From the NCBI GenBank assembly GCA_965227515.1, contig CBDDFZ010000001.1:3136001-3200000 (forward strand): 64,000 nt of DNA. The letters run 5' to 3'. A model generated the notes under the pieces. That model saw only the letters and a program-made list of their open reading frames with translations, was not told where the DNA came from and ran no database searches. This stretch comes from Alphaproteobacteria bacterium. Lineage in GTDB: Bacteria; Pseudomonadota; Alphaproteobacteria; CALKHQ01. Below are positions 56,140 to 64,000 of the stretch, one piece after another (the stretch's first letter is position 1; every line of letters begins with the position of its first letter). The translations under genes were made by a program, and so were the position numbers.

Positions 56140-57012
56140 ATGGCGCCCGAAATGACGACCGAAATGACCACCGAGATGACGACGCAATCGTACGAGGACC
56201 AGGGTTTCCAGGCGCCGATCCGCGTGATGTCAGCGGAGGCCGCGGCGGCGCTTCACGCGCGGATGGAAGCGTTCCGCCGCGAGCACCCGGACGACTTCGC
56301 CTTCGCGTTCAACGCCAACTGCCAATACCTGTTTCCGTGGCTGTTCGACCTGACCCTGAACGACACGGTGCTGGATGCCGTGGAGCAGGTCATCGGCCCC
56401 AACATCCTAGTCTGGTCGGCCATGTTCTTCGCCAAGGACCCCGGCGACGGCAAGTTCGTCAGCTGGCATCAGGATTCCACCTACTGGGGCCTGGAGCCGC
56501 CGGACATCGTGACCGCCTGGATCGCGCTGACGCCGAGCACGCCCGAGAGCGGGTGCATGCGCGTGGTGCCCGGCAGCCACCAGTGGGGCCAGCTTGGCCA
56601 CGCCGACACCTTCGGTGACGACAACCTTTTGAGCCGCGGTCAGGAGATCGCCGTCGACGTATCGGAGGACCAGGCACACGACGTGGTCCTGCAGCCAGGC
56701 GAGATGAGCCTGCATCACGTGCGCATCGTGCACGGGTCGAACCCGAACACGTCCACCCTGCCCCGGGTCGGCTTTGCCATTCGCTACATCCCGACCTACT
56801 GCCACCAGGCCAACGGCCGCACCTTCGCCGTGCTGGCGCGCGGCAAGGACGAGTTCGGGAATTTCGAACCGGGCCGCAGGCCGGACGCCGACTACGACGA
56901 CGCCAGCCGGGCGTTCCATCGCAAGGTGCTGGCCAGCGTCAACGCGATCCTGATGGCGGATGCGGCGTCGGACAGCCATTCGCCTGGTCACCGGGTGATG
57001 GCGGAGTCGTAA
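56140..57012 (+). CDS. PhyH-family Fe(II)/2-oxoglutarate dioxygenase
   Basis: WHQDSTYWGL, TAWIAL, GCMRVVPGSH, HGSNPN...R. Start ambiguous among four in-frame ATGs. Confidence 0.9.
   Translation: MAPEMTTEMTTEMTTQSYEDQGFQAPIRVMSAEAAAALHARMEAFRREHPDDFAFAFNANCQYLFPWLFDLTLNDTVLDAVEQVIGPNILVWSAMFFAKDPGDGKFVSWHQDSTYWGLEPPDIVTAWIALTPSTPESGCMRVVPGSHQWGQLGHADTFGDDNLLSRGQEIAVDVSEDQAHDVVLQPGEMSLHHVRIVHGSNPNTSTLPRVGFAIRYIPTYCHQANGRTFAVLARGKDEFGNFEPGRRPDADYDDASRAFHRKVLASVNAILMADAASDSHSPGHRVMAES
56147..56182 (+). repeat. 3 x 12-bp tandem repeat multiplying the start codon (EMTT x3)
   Basis: CCGAAATGACGA CCGAAATGACCA CCGAGATGACGA. Confidence 0.85.
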
Positions 57013-57039
57013 CCCCGACATCTCGGCCGTAGGGCGAAC

Positions 57040-57492
57040 CTAGAGATAGACGGTGTTGGGCCCACCCTGGGGGGCGTTCTTCAGAAGCGGCGCCAGGCAG
57101 TCGCGCAGATCGTCCAGCTTAGCCGGGGTTTGCAGGATCGAGGTCTGTCGCGCGATGGCGGACTGGGCCGCCTCGGGCGTGCTGGATAGGATGACCAGCT
57201 TGGGTTGCCGGTCGAGGTGGCTGTCCACCCAGGTCACGACGGCCTGGGCATCCACATCGGGGTAGTGCTCGTGGACAAACACCAAGGCGTATGTGTGCTC
57301 GCCGAGCATCTGGATCGCATTGGCCGTGCTGTCGGCGTCGTCGTGGTCGAAAGTGGCGGGCAGGAATGAAAGCGACCGGACCAGGTCAGCGGTTGCCCAT
57401 GGCAAACAGCCGACAACCAGGGTCCTGATTGTCGGCAACGTCGCCCATGAATTCTCCCCCATCTCTTCGGCTCTCCTAGCGAGGGTCTGCAC
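57040..57492 (-). CDS. Degenerate CheY-like (pseudo-receiver) protein
   Basis: Receiver-like pattern ADSTANAIQML...YALVFVHEHYPDVDA...LVILSS...ILQTPAKLDDL. Start uncertain. Confidence 0.6.
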   Translation of the reverse strand: MQTLARRAEEMGENSWATLPTIRTLVVGCLPWATADLVRSLSFLPATFDHDDADSTANAIQMLGEHTYALVFVHEHYPDVDAQAVVTWVDSHLDRQPKLVILSSTPEAAQSAIARQTSILQTPAKLDDLRDCLAPLLKNAPQGGPNTVYL

Positions 57493-57615
57493 GAAAACTG
57501 TTCGAGGCGGACGCAGCCTGCTCCAGCTTTGCCATGACCATGCCTGGCGGCGCGCGGAACATACAGTTTGTTACCGTTAGACACGGTTACATTTTGCCGA
57601 GCCCAGGTGCGGAGG

Positions 57616-57890
57616 CTAGAGCGTGTTCAATGTCATCGCGGTCATTCTGCCGGCGAGCCATTGGCCGGAGGTTAGGAGCGAGGACGAAGGACATGCAAAA
57701 GCATATTCGAGGACGAGCGACGCGGCCTCCGGCAAATGGCGCCCGGCCCGTAAGGGTTTCCACCCGGCGGGCATCCGCTACGTCGCGCCCCTTGCCCGAT
57801 GCTTCGGCATCGCGCTGCGAACCGCTCCTGGCGGGCTGTCGCGCCGGACTGGAAACAGAATTGATCACGATTACACTGAATACGCTCTAG
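57616..57890. mobile_element. ~275-bp MITE-like element with ~35-bp terminal inverted repeats
   Basis: Left end CTAGAGCGTGTTCAATGTCATCGCGGTCATTCTG; right end reverse complement CTAGAGCGTATTCAGTGTAATCGTGATCAATTCTG. CTAG at both ends, internal hairpins, no transposase. Confidence 0.75.
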
Positions 57891-57974
57891 GCAAGTTCAA
57901 TTCCGCGGAAGTCTTGCGTCCCCTGGGGAATGAGTGCAGACGTAACAGCGCACCGTCGCATCAACGCGAAAAAC

Positions 57975-59765
57975 ATGGCCGTGAACCCAAGCGAAATAGA
58001 GCAAAAACTCAACGCCATCTTGGCGTCGCCCGAGTTTGCGTCTTCGCCGAAGATGCAGGCGTTGCTCCGATATATTGTTGAAGCAAGCGTGAATGGCGAC
58101 GGAGATAAACTCAAGGGTTACACGATTGGCCTGGACGTCTTTGACAGGGGCGAAGACTTCGATCCGCGCACCGACTCCATCGTGCGTGTGCAGATGGCGC
58201 GCCTGAGGGAGCTGCTGCAAAAGTAGTACCGCGGCACGGGCGCCGATGACGCCATTCGAATCGACCTGCCCAAGGGAAGCTACGAAGCGGTGTTCGTGTC
58301 GGCGGAACAGGACAGCGACCACGCTGCCGATGCTGCCGCCGCGTCGACGGAGGACATCGCCCACGTCGAAACGGTCGTGTTCGCGGAACACAGGCGCACG
58401 CGGCGGCGCGCCGTGGCGGCAATTGCCGGTGCCGGCGCCCTGGTGGTCGGTGCCTTGATCCTGATCTACGTCGTGTTTCTGCAGGATCGTCAGGGCCCGC
58501 AGGATCCCGACAGCACCGGCCCAGCACAGCTCGTCGAGGGCCAGGACGGCGTCGCGCTTGCCGTACTGCCGTTCGCCAATCTGACCGCCGATCCGGAACA
58601 ACAGCCCTTCGCCGACGGCCTGACCGATGCGCTAACCACCTCGCTGTCCCGGTTGCCGGGGCTGTCGCTTGCGTCGCGGACCGCGGCGTTCCAGTTTCGC
58701 GACGCGGCCGACATCCGCGAAGTCGGCCAGGAGCTCGGCGTGCGCTATCTGGTCGAGGGCGGGCTGCAGTGGGACAACGACAGGGTCAGGGTTACGGCCC
58801 AGCTGATCGACGTCCAGACCGGCACCCACATCTGGGCCAATGCCTATGAGCTGGTGGCCGACGACTACTTCGCGGCGCAGGACCAGATCGTATCCGCTAT
58901 CTCGACCGACCTGGAGCCTCAGGTCTTCAACGCCGCGCGGGCGGTGCTCGCCGACACCCCGGTCGACGAACTGACGCCGTGGCAGCTCTATCTGCTCGCG
59001 ACGTGGGTGATCGGGGAACCGAACAGCAGCCTCGAGGACGAGTGGATGCGGGTCGACATGGCGCAGCGGGCGGTGGCGCTGGACCCCGATTTCGCACTCG
59101 CGCACGCCGCGCTGGCGGACAAGCTGGCATACCTGTCGAACTTCGACAGGCAGACCGAGTTCCAGGCCGCGCGCGACGAGGCGGCGATGCACGCCAACGC
59201 GGCATTGGACCTGGCGCCCGAAAACCCCAGCGTGCTGTTCAACGTGTCGGTCTACCACTGGCATCTGGGCGACACGGACAAATCGGTGAAGCTGCTGAGC
59301 CGGGTGCTGCAGATTCAGCCGGCCCATCCGCTGGCGCAGTTCCTGGTCGAGGTGCAGCCATACACCTGCGTGGCGGCTCCCCGCGAGGCGGTCGATGCCC
59401 TGGCGGCATTTGACGCGTCGTTGACGCAGGACAATCCGTTGCACTGGTTGACCCAGCAGTGGATCGCACTGCTGGCGCTCAATCGCGGCGAGGCTGCCCG
59501 GGCTAGCGAGGCGGCCGAGCTCTCGGCGCAGATCTACCGGTCCCCCTACACCGTGTTCGTGTTGGCGAGCGCCCGTATGCAACTGGGGGACATGGCCGGC
59601 GCGACCGAAGCGATGGACAGCCTGCATCGGACATGGCCGACGCTGGATGCAGGGCGCTATGCCAATGAGGTGGCGCCATCGCGATGCGGCGATGCGGACA
59701 GCTCGGTGTACACCCGGGCTATCCAGGACCTGGATGCGGCGCTGGGTGAGGACGCCGGCGGCTGA
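57975..59765 (+). pseudogene. wHTH-like/TM/TolB-N-like/TPR membrane sensor interrupted by an in-frame TAG (58224-58226)
   Basis: ORFs 57930-58226 and 58290-59765 are in one frame: ...IVRVQMARLRELLQK*YRGTGADDAIRIDLPKGSYEAVF..., then TM helix, AVLPFANL...FADGLTD...VRYLVEG...VRVTAQLID, TPR-like helices. Confidence 0.8.
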
Positions 59766-59984
59766 ACGGCGGTGGCCAAAGGGCGACGGCCCATTCGCCT
59801 TACTGCCATCACATTCCTTGGATACACCGGCTGCGGGAATGCGGTTGATGCCCTTGCATCGAGCCGCGCGCACGTTCGACGTCGGCCATTCAGGCCCCGT
59901 GGAATTGACGGGACTTGGCCCTTGTGGTGCTGTCACGCACGGGGTGGGCCATTGTTGGCGGTCGCGACATTGCAGGGAGTCTGA

Positions 59985-60713
59985 ATGATGGTCTCTATGG
60001 TTTCGGTGAGACGGCGCCTGACGGCAGGTGTGGCGGCGATGGCCATGGTCGCGGGTGCGGCCGGCGCGGCGTGGGCGGCGGACGGTGCGCGGTCGCAGAG
60101 CGCGGCGGCGGTGTCGGTGCAGACGCTCGCCATGGCGCAACGCGTCGCTGCCTATGGCATCGAGACCGGCGACCCGATCCTGCTGATCGCGGCGGCGCGC
60201 ATGGCGCGCCCGTTCGAGGTCCGGACATCCGACATCGTGCCGCTGGGCGACACGGCTGAAGCCCAGGGCAAGCCCCTGCCCGCCTCGAGCGACGAAATGC
60301 TGGAGGTCGCGCGCGAACTGGCCGGCGACCGCGCCGACCTGATCGGCCTGATCGAGGACATCGAGGCCGAAAGCTCGCGCGGCAGCGTCTATGCCGCCAT
60401 GCTGGAAGGCCTCGCCGTCGACGGTGCCGCCCTCGGCGCCGGCAGCTACCAGGGCTATATCCAGCCCGGTGCCAAGGCCGAGTTCGCCGATGCCTTCGTC
60501 GGCGGCGAGCCTGCCGTCATCGCGTTGACCGGCGAGGCAACGGCCGACATTTGGTTCCGTGTCGTCGACGACGAAGGCAACGAGCTGTGCATCAGCGACT
60601 TCGCAGCCGACCAGGGCTGCGAGTGGCTGCCGGCCAAGACCATGGAAGTCACCATCATCATCGAGAACGGCAGCAACGCCGACGGCAGCAATTTCACCCT
60701 GTGGACGAACTGA
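59985..60713 (+). CDS. Secreted hypothetical protein with C-terminal PPC-like beta-sandwich
   Basis: Signal peptide ending AWA, helical N-domain, then ADIWFRVVDDEGNELC...CEWLP...IIIEN...FTLWTN. RBS GGGAG. Confidence 0.72.
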   Translation: MMVSMVSVRRRLTAGVAAMAMVAGAAGAAWAADGARSQSAAAVSVQTLAMAQRVAAYGIETGDPILLIAAARMARPFEVRTSDIVPLGDTAEAQGKPLPASSDEMLEVARELAGDRADLIGLIEDIEAESSRGSVYAAMLEGLAVDGAALGAGSYQGYIQPGAKAEFADAFVGGEPAVIALTGEATADIWFRVVDDEGNELCISDFAADQGCEWLPAKTMEVTIIIENGSNADGSNFTLWTN

Positions 60714-60835
60714 CGCCCTGTATCGATTGAGGCGGGCGCGGGGCAAAATCTCGACCGGCGATTGAACCTGCCGTCCGGCGGGCGCGACGTACCTCCCAAC
60801 AAGCGGAATTGGCCGCCTTATTGGGAGTTTGGATC

Positions 60836-61210
60836 ATGCGCATCGCCACCCCGGCCCGTGTCACCGCAATTGCTGTCGCCGCAATCGCCACTGTCGCCAG
60901 CGCCGCGACGGCCAGCGCCCAGGACAGCACGCCCTACGATACCTCCCCGCCGGACCGCGTGGCCCCCGTCGGCCCCTCCGGCCCCGACCTGACGCCGCAG
61001 AACATCAGGCCCGTCGTCGGCGATACGGAAATCGTCGTCCCGATCATCATTCTCGGCCCCGCGCCGGGCGATACCGACTTCGAACTCGATGCCATGCTCG
61101 GCGTCGGCCCTCAAGCGCCGGCGGAAGGCGACCATGCGATCCTGGTGGCCGACGACGGCACCTGCTGGGATCTGGACACCTTCTTCCCCGAGCAGGTGCC
61201 CTGCCCGTAA
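60836..61210 (+). CDS. Small secreted acidic Pro-rich hypothetical protein
   Basis: Signal peptide ending ASA-Q, C-terminal Cys pair (TCWD...VPCP), RBS GGGAG. Confidence 0.68.
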   Translation: MRIATPARVTAIAVAAIATVASAATASAQDSTPYDTSPPDRVAPVGPSGPDLTPQNIRPVVGDTEIVVPIIILGPAPGDTDFELDAMLGVGPQAPAEGDHAILVADDGTCWDLDTFFPEQVPCP

Positions 61211-61279
61211 GCTTGATCGCTAAGTCGGCACCGGCCCTCTCCCATATCCATGCGGTCGCGCATCCGCGCTCTCTTTTGG

Positions 61280-61321
61280 CACCCGGCCACCCACGAGAGT
61301 ATCCAGCGGGGTGGCCGGGTG
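61280..61321. terminator. GC-rich hairpin between convergent genes
   Basis: CACCCGGCCACCC-N16-GGGTGGCCGGGTG. No clear U-tract directly after the stem. Confidence 0.45.
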
Positions 61322-61364
61322 GGGGCGAGGGCTGGCGCAGACTACAGCGTAAGCTGATCCTGAT

Positions 61365-62261
61365 CTAAGTCTTCCGACCTGATGTCGTGATCAGCACCAT
61401 GCCGGCGACGATCAGCGCCGCGCCGGCCGCGGCCAGCACATCTGGCACCGTGCCGAATAACGCGAAGTCGTAGAGCGCCGCGAACACCAGCGTGACGTAG
61501 AGGAACGGTGCTACGTAGCTCGCGGTGGCACGGCGCATGGACTGAATGAACAACCACTGCGCCGTGACCATGGCGCCGCCCAGTGCGGCCAACAGCAGCC
61601 ATTGCTCTGTCGTCGGCGCGGTCCACACAAACATCGCCGCCGTACATGAGAGGCACGCGCCGATCGTGTTGTTGATCAGCAGGATGCGCAGCGGCGGCTC
61701 GCGGTCGCTCAGCCGCTTGATCAGCACCATCTCCAGGCCCATGAATGCAGCCGCCGCCAGAGCCAGCAGCGCGGCAGGGCGAAATGCCTCGGTCCCCGGC
61801 CGAATCAACACGATGGTGCCGGCGACCGCGATGCCGGCGGCCAGCCACCGGATGGCCGGCACCCGCTCGCGCAGGAACGCCATCGCCAGCGCCATGGTCA
61901 CCAGCGGACTGAGGAAACTGATTGCAGTCGCGTCCGACAGGGGGATGCGGGCGGCGGCCGCGAACATGCAGGTCACCCCCAGCCATCCGCAGGCCGACCG
62001 CCCGGCGTGCACTGTCCATGCTGCACCGGCCAGCGAGGGCCTGCGCCACGCCGCCACGGCGACGAGCACCGCCAGCGCGAACGCGAACCGGCCGGCACTG
62101 ATCTGCAACGGGTGAAGCGGCGGCCCGGCCGTATCCAACCCCAGGGCCTTGGCGATCAGCGTTGTTGCGGCGATCAGGGCGGTGGCCGCCAGCATCGCCA
62201 CGACGGCAACGTTCTGTATTGATCGACGACTTGCGCCAGCTTGGATTTGACCAGTTACCAC
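61365..62261 (-). CDS. DMT/EamA-family transporter
   Basis: About 10 TM helices; LHPLQISAGRF, ATAISFLSPL, FLRERV, VAPFLY. Confidence 0.9.
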   Translation of the reverse strand: MVTGQIQAGASRRSIQNVAVVAMLAATALIAATTLIAKALGLDTAGPPLHPLQISAGRFAFALAVLVAVAAWRRPSLAGAAWTVHAGRSACGWLGVTCMFAAAARIPLSDATAISFLSPLVTMALAMAFLRERVPAIRWLAAGIAVAGTIVLIRPGTEAFRPAALLALAAAAFMGLEMVLIKRLSDREPPLRILLINNTIGACLSCTAAMFVWTAPTTEQWLLLAALGGAMVTAQWLFIQSMRRATASYVAPFLYVTLVFAALYDFALFGTVPDVLAAAGAALIVAGMVLITTSGRKT

Positions 62262-62409
62262 TATGCTACACCGATTCCACGCATCATTGTTGTATTATCA
62301 TCGATTTCGGAGCTAGGTTGTGAGTTGCCATGTGACCGAAATAGCAATTCGATGCTACGTCTAGGACGCTGTGGCCGTTTGGTGCCGGCATTATATTGGG
62401 AGGTCGTCT

Positions 62410-63762
62410 ATGAACCTAGATAGCGACTATATTGCTCGCGGTGAGAAATCTCGCCTTTTTCCAATTCTGTCGGAAACTTCCAAAGAAGGGCGTTCGCTTT
62501 CAATATTCCTAGCTTGTTTGGCATGCGTGAATGAGTTTGGGGCCGCGTTATTAGCCGACATAGGTCAAAGGATAGGCAAGCGTACATCAATTGCAACTTA
62601 CACTGAAGTCGTATTGCGGAAAGGGGGCGAAAAATTACGTCGACCCGATGGCCTGATAACCTTGTCAACCGGTTCAAGGAAATGGACTGCTCTTGTCGAG
62701 GCCAAAGTTGGGAGCACTGAGCTTTCCTCAGAGCAGCTTGAGGATTATATTGAAATTGCAAAACTAAATCAGATTGATGCGTTGATTACCATATCGAATC
62801 AGTTTGCAGCCCTTCCAACACACCATCCTATTGCCTTATCTGCTAGTACGCGCAAAAAGGTCGACATATATCATTGGTCGTGGATGTATGTTGTTACTCA
62901 GGCCAGCCTTCTTCTGTCTGATGATAGTATAAATGATCGAGATCAGAAGATAATTTTGAAGGAAATGGTGCGTTTTCTCACCCACCCTAGCGCTGGTGTG
63001 AAGAATTTTGATCAAATGCCTGCTGTGTGGGCCGATGTTGTCAAGAAGATACAATTAGGTGGGGCGATATCGCCAAGTTCTGATGAAGCGAGAGAGGTTG
63101 TCGGGGCTTGGCATCAGGAACTGAGGGACTTAACCCTAATCCTTTCCAGACAGCTTGGTGCAGACGTCGCACTACAAATTTCTCGCGCGCATTCCTCGGA
63201 CCCTGTGGCTCGCCAAAAGGCAGGCGTTACGGAGCTTGTTGATAAACTCTGCCTAACGGCGGTCGTCATCGTTCCAGATGCGGCGTCGCCGATTGAGATA
63301 TGTGTGGACCTACAGAAGCGATCTGTCTCCGTGTCGATGAAATTGAGGGCTCCGACGGATCGAAAGAGTACTAAGGCGCGAGTAAATTGGTTGCTCAGAC
63401 AGCTTCCTGAGGATTGTGGCACAGATGTTCATGTGCGGCTTCTTTGGCCAGGCCGAGCGGCGCATACGCAGTATCCTATTAAGAATTTGCGGGATGACCC
63501 CGCTCTATCCTCAAATGAGCGAGAAAATCTCGTAGTCTTATCTTTCCAGATCGTACTTATTCGAGATTTGGGTGGCCGCTTTGGACAACGAAAGAACTTC
63601 ATTAAGGAGCTGGAAGCTGCAGTGCCTGACTTTTATGAGTCAGCAGGTCAACACCTCAAACCTTGGCAGGCCCGACCTCCGAAGTTGGCAGAGGACAAGA
63701 CGGGGCCAGAAACTGTCAACCCGGAAGCGATCTACGAAGAGGTGGAGAAGTCCGCAACCTAG
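62410..63762 (+). CDS. Low-GC hypothetical protein with N-terminal PD-(D/E)xK nuclease motif
   Basis: TEV...RPDGLI...LVEAKVG...QLEDY motif. RBS GGGAGG; many A/T-ending codons. Confidence 0.8.
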   Translation: MNLDSDYIARGEKSRLFPILSETSKEGRSLSIFLACLACVNEFGAALLADIGQRIGKRTSIATYTEVVLRKGGEKLRRPDGLITLSTGSRKWTALVEAKVGSTELSSEQLEDYIEIAKLNQIDALITISNQFAALPTHHPIALSASTRKKVDIYHWSWMYVVTQASLLLSDDSINDRDQKIILKEMVRFLTHPSAGVKNFDQMPAVWADVVKKIQLGGAISPSSDEAREVVGAWHQELRDLTLILSRQLGADVALQISRAHSSDPVARQKAGVTELVDKLCLTAVVIVPDAASPIEICVDLQKRSVSVSMKLRAPTDRKSTKARVNWLLRQLPEDCGTDVHVRLLWPGRAAHTQYPIKNLRDDPALSSNERENLVVLSFQIVLIRDLGGRFGQRKNFIKELEAAVPDFYESAGQHLKPWQARPPKLAEDKTGPETVNPEAIYEEVEKSAT

Positions 63763-63777
63763 CGATGAGCCACTGAA

Positions 63778-64000
63778 TCAGATATCCAGGCTCTCGGCGT
63801 AGGCGGCGTTCTGCTGGATGAAGGCGAGCCGGCGTTCCGGCTTACGGCCCATCAGCGACTCCACCAGCGCGGCCGTGCCCTCCGGCGCCACCACCGCGTC
63901 CTCCACGACAGAAACACGCAGCAGGCTGCGGGTCGCGGGGTCCATGGTGGTCTCGCGCAATTGCTTCGGCGGCATCTCGCCCAGGCCCTTGAAGCGGCTG
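63778..64000 (-). CDS. parE: DNA topoisomerase IV subunit B, C-terminal end
   Basis: [28 protein letters not shown]...[17 protein letters not shown]. Confidence 0.88.
   Translation of the reverse strand, partial: SRFKGLGEMPPKQLRETTMDPATRSLLRVSVVEDAVVAPEGTAALVESLMGRKPERRLAFIQQNAAYAESLDI

Noticed and set aside
56140-57012. Possible non-heme iron halogenase
   Set aside because: The HQD motif keeps the Asp ligand; halogenases have HxA or HxG.
57556-57578. GGAAC...CGTT EcfG-type promoter
   Set aside because: The spacer is 14 nt rather than 16-17.
57693-57890. 65-aa ORF with an apparent RBS (MQKHIRG...)
   Set aside because: Lies wholly inside the MITE and has no protein-like features.
58224-58226. 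Pyrrolysine or an alternative genetic code at the TAG
   Set aside because: TAG is a normal stop in core genes here (lpdA, eno, pyrG, trpE, lpxB), and no pyl genes are in the window.

Overview
GC-rich alphaproteobacterial chromosome segment, with gene order and proteins resembling Rhodospirillales. Positions 1-55.4 kb are mostly conserved core genes: ntrY(partial)-ntrC-ntrB, ispDF-pgpA-cinA, ratA-lipA-lpdA-pdhCBA-ftsB-eno-kdsA-pyrG-secG-tpiA, ppiD-trpEGDC-moaC-moeA-lexA, comEC, gltX-gltA, gloA, lpxB-lpxI-lpxA-fabZ-lpxD-bamA-rseP-dxr-cdsA-uppS-frr-pyrH-tsf-rpsB, pncA and dnaE. An accessory stretch (55.5-63.8 kb) ends at the 3' end of parE. Most notable: (i) a 17-bp tandem repeat at the cdsA/dxr junction forming a chain of three translationally coupled 6-aa minigenes; (ii) a candidate signalling module made of a pseudo-receiver, a MITE, a ToxR/CadC-like wHTH-TM-TolB/TPR sensor broken by one in-frame TAG, and two secreted proteins; (iii) a solo low-GC PD-(D/E)xK nuclease gene next to parE; (iv) overlapping NrdR-like and DnaA boxes upstream of dnaE; (v) an orphan antitoxin with a truncated RelE/ParE toxin; (vi) a small membrane protein with the tmRNA-tag-like motif AANDN; (vii) a covarying REP-like doublet; (viii) AT-rich codon islands inside GC-rich core genes. 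No CRISPR array, tRNA or rRNA was seen. All calls come from reading the sequence by eye; no searches were run.
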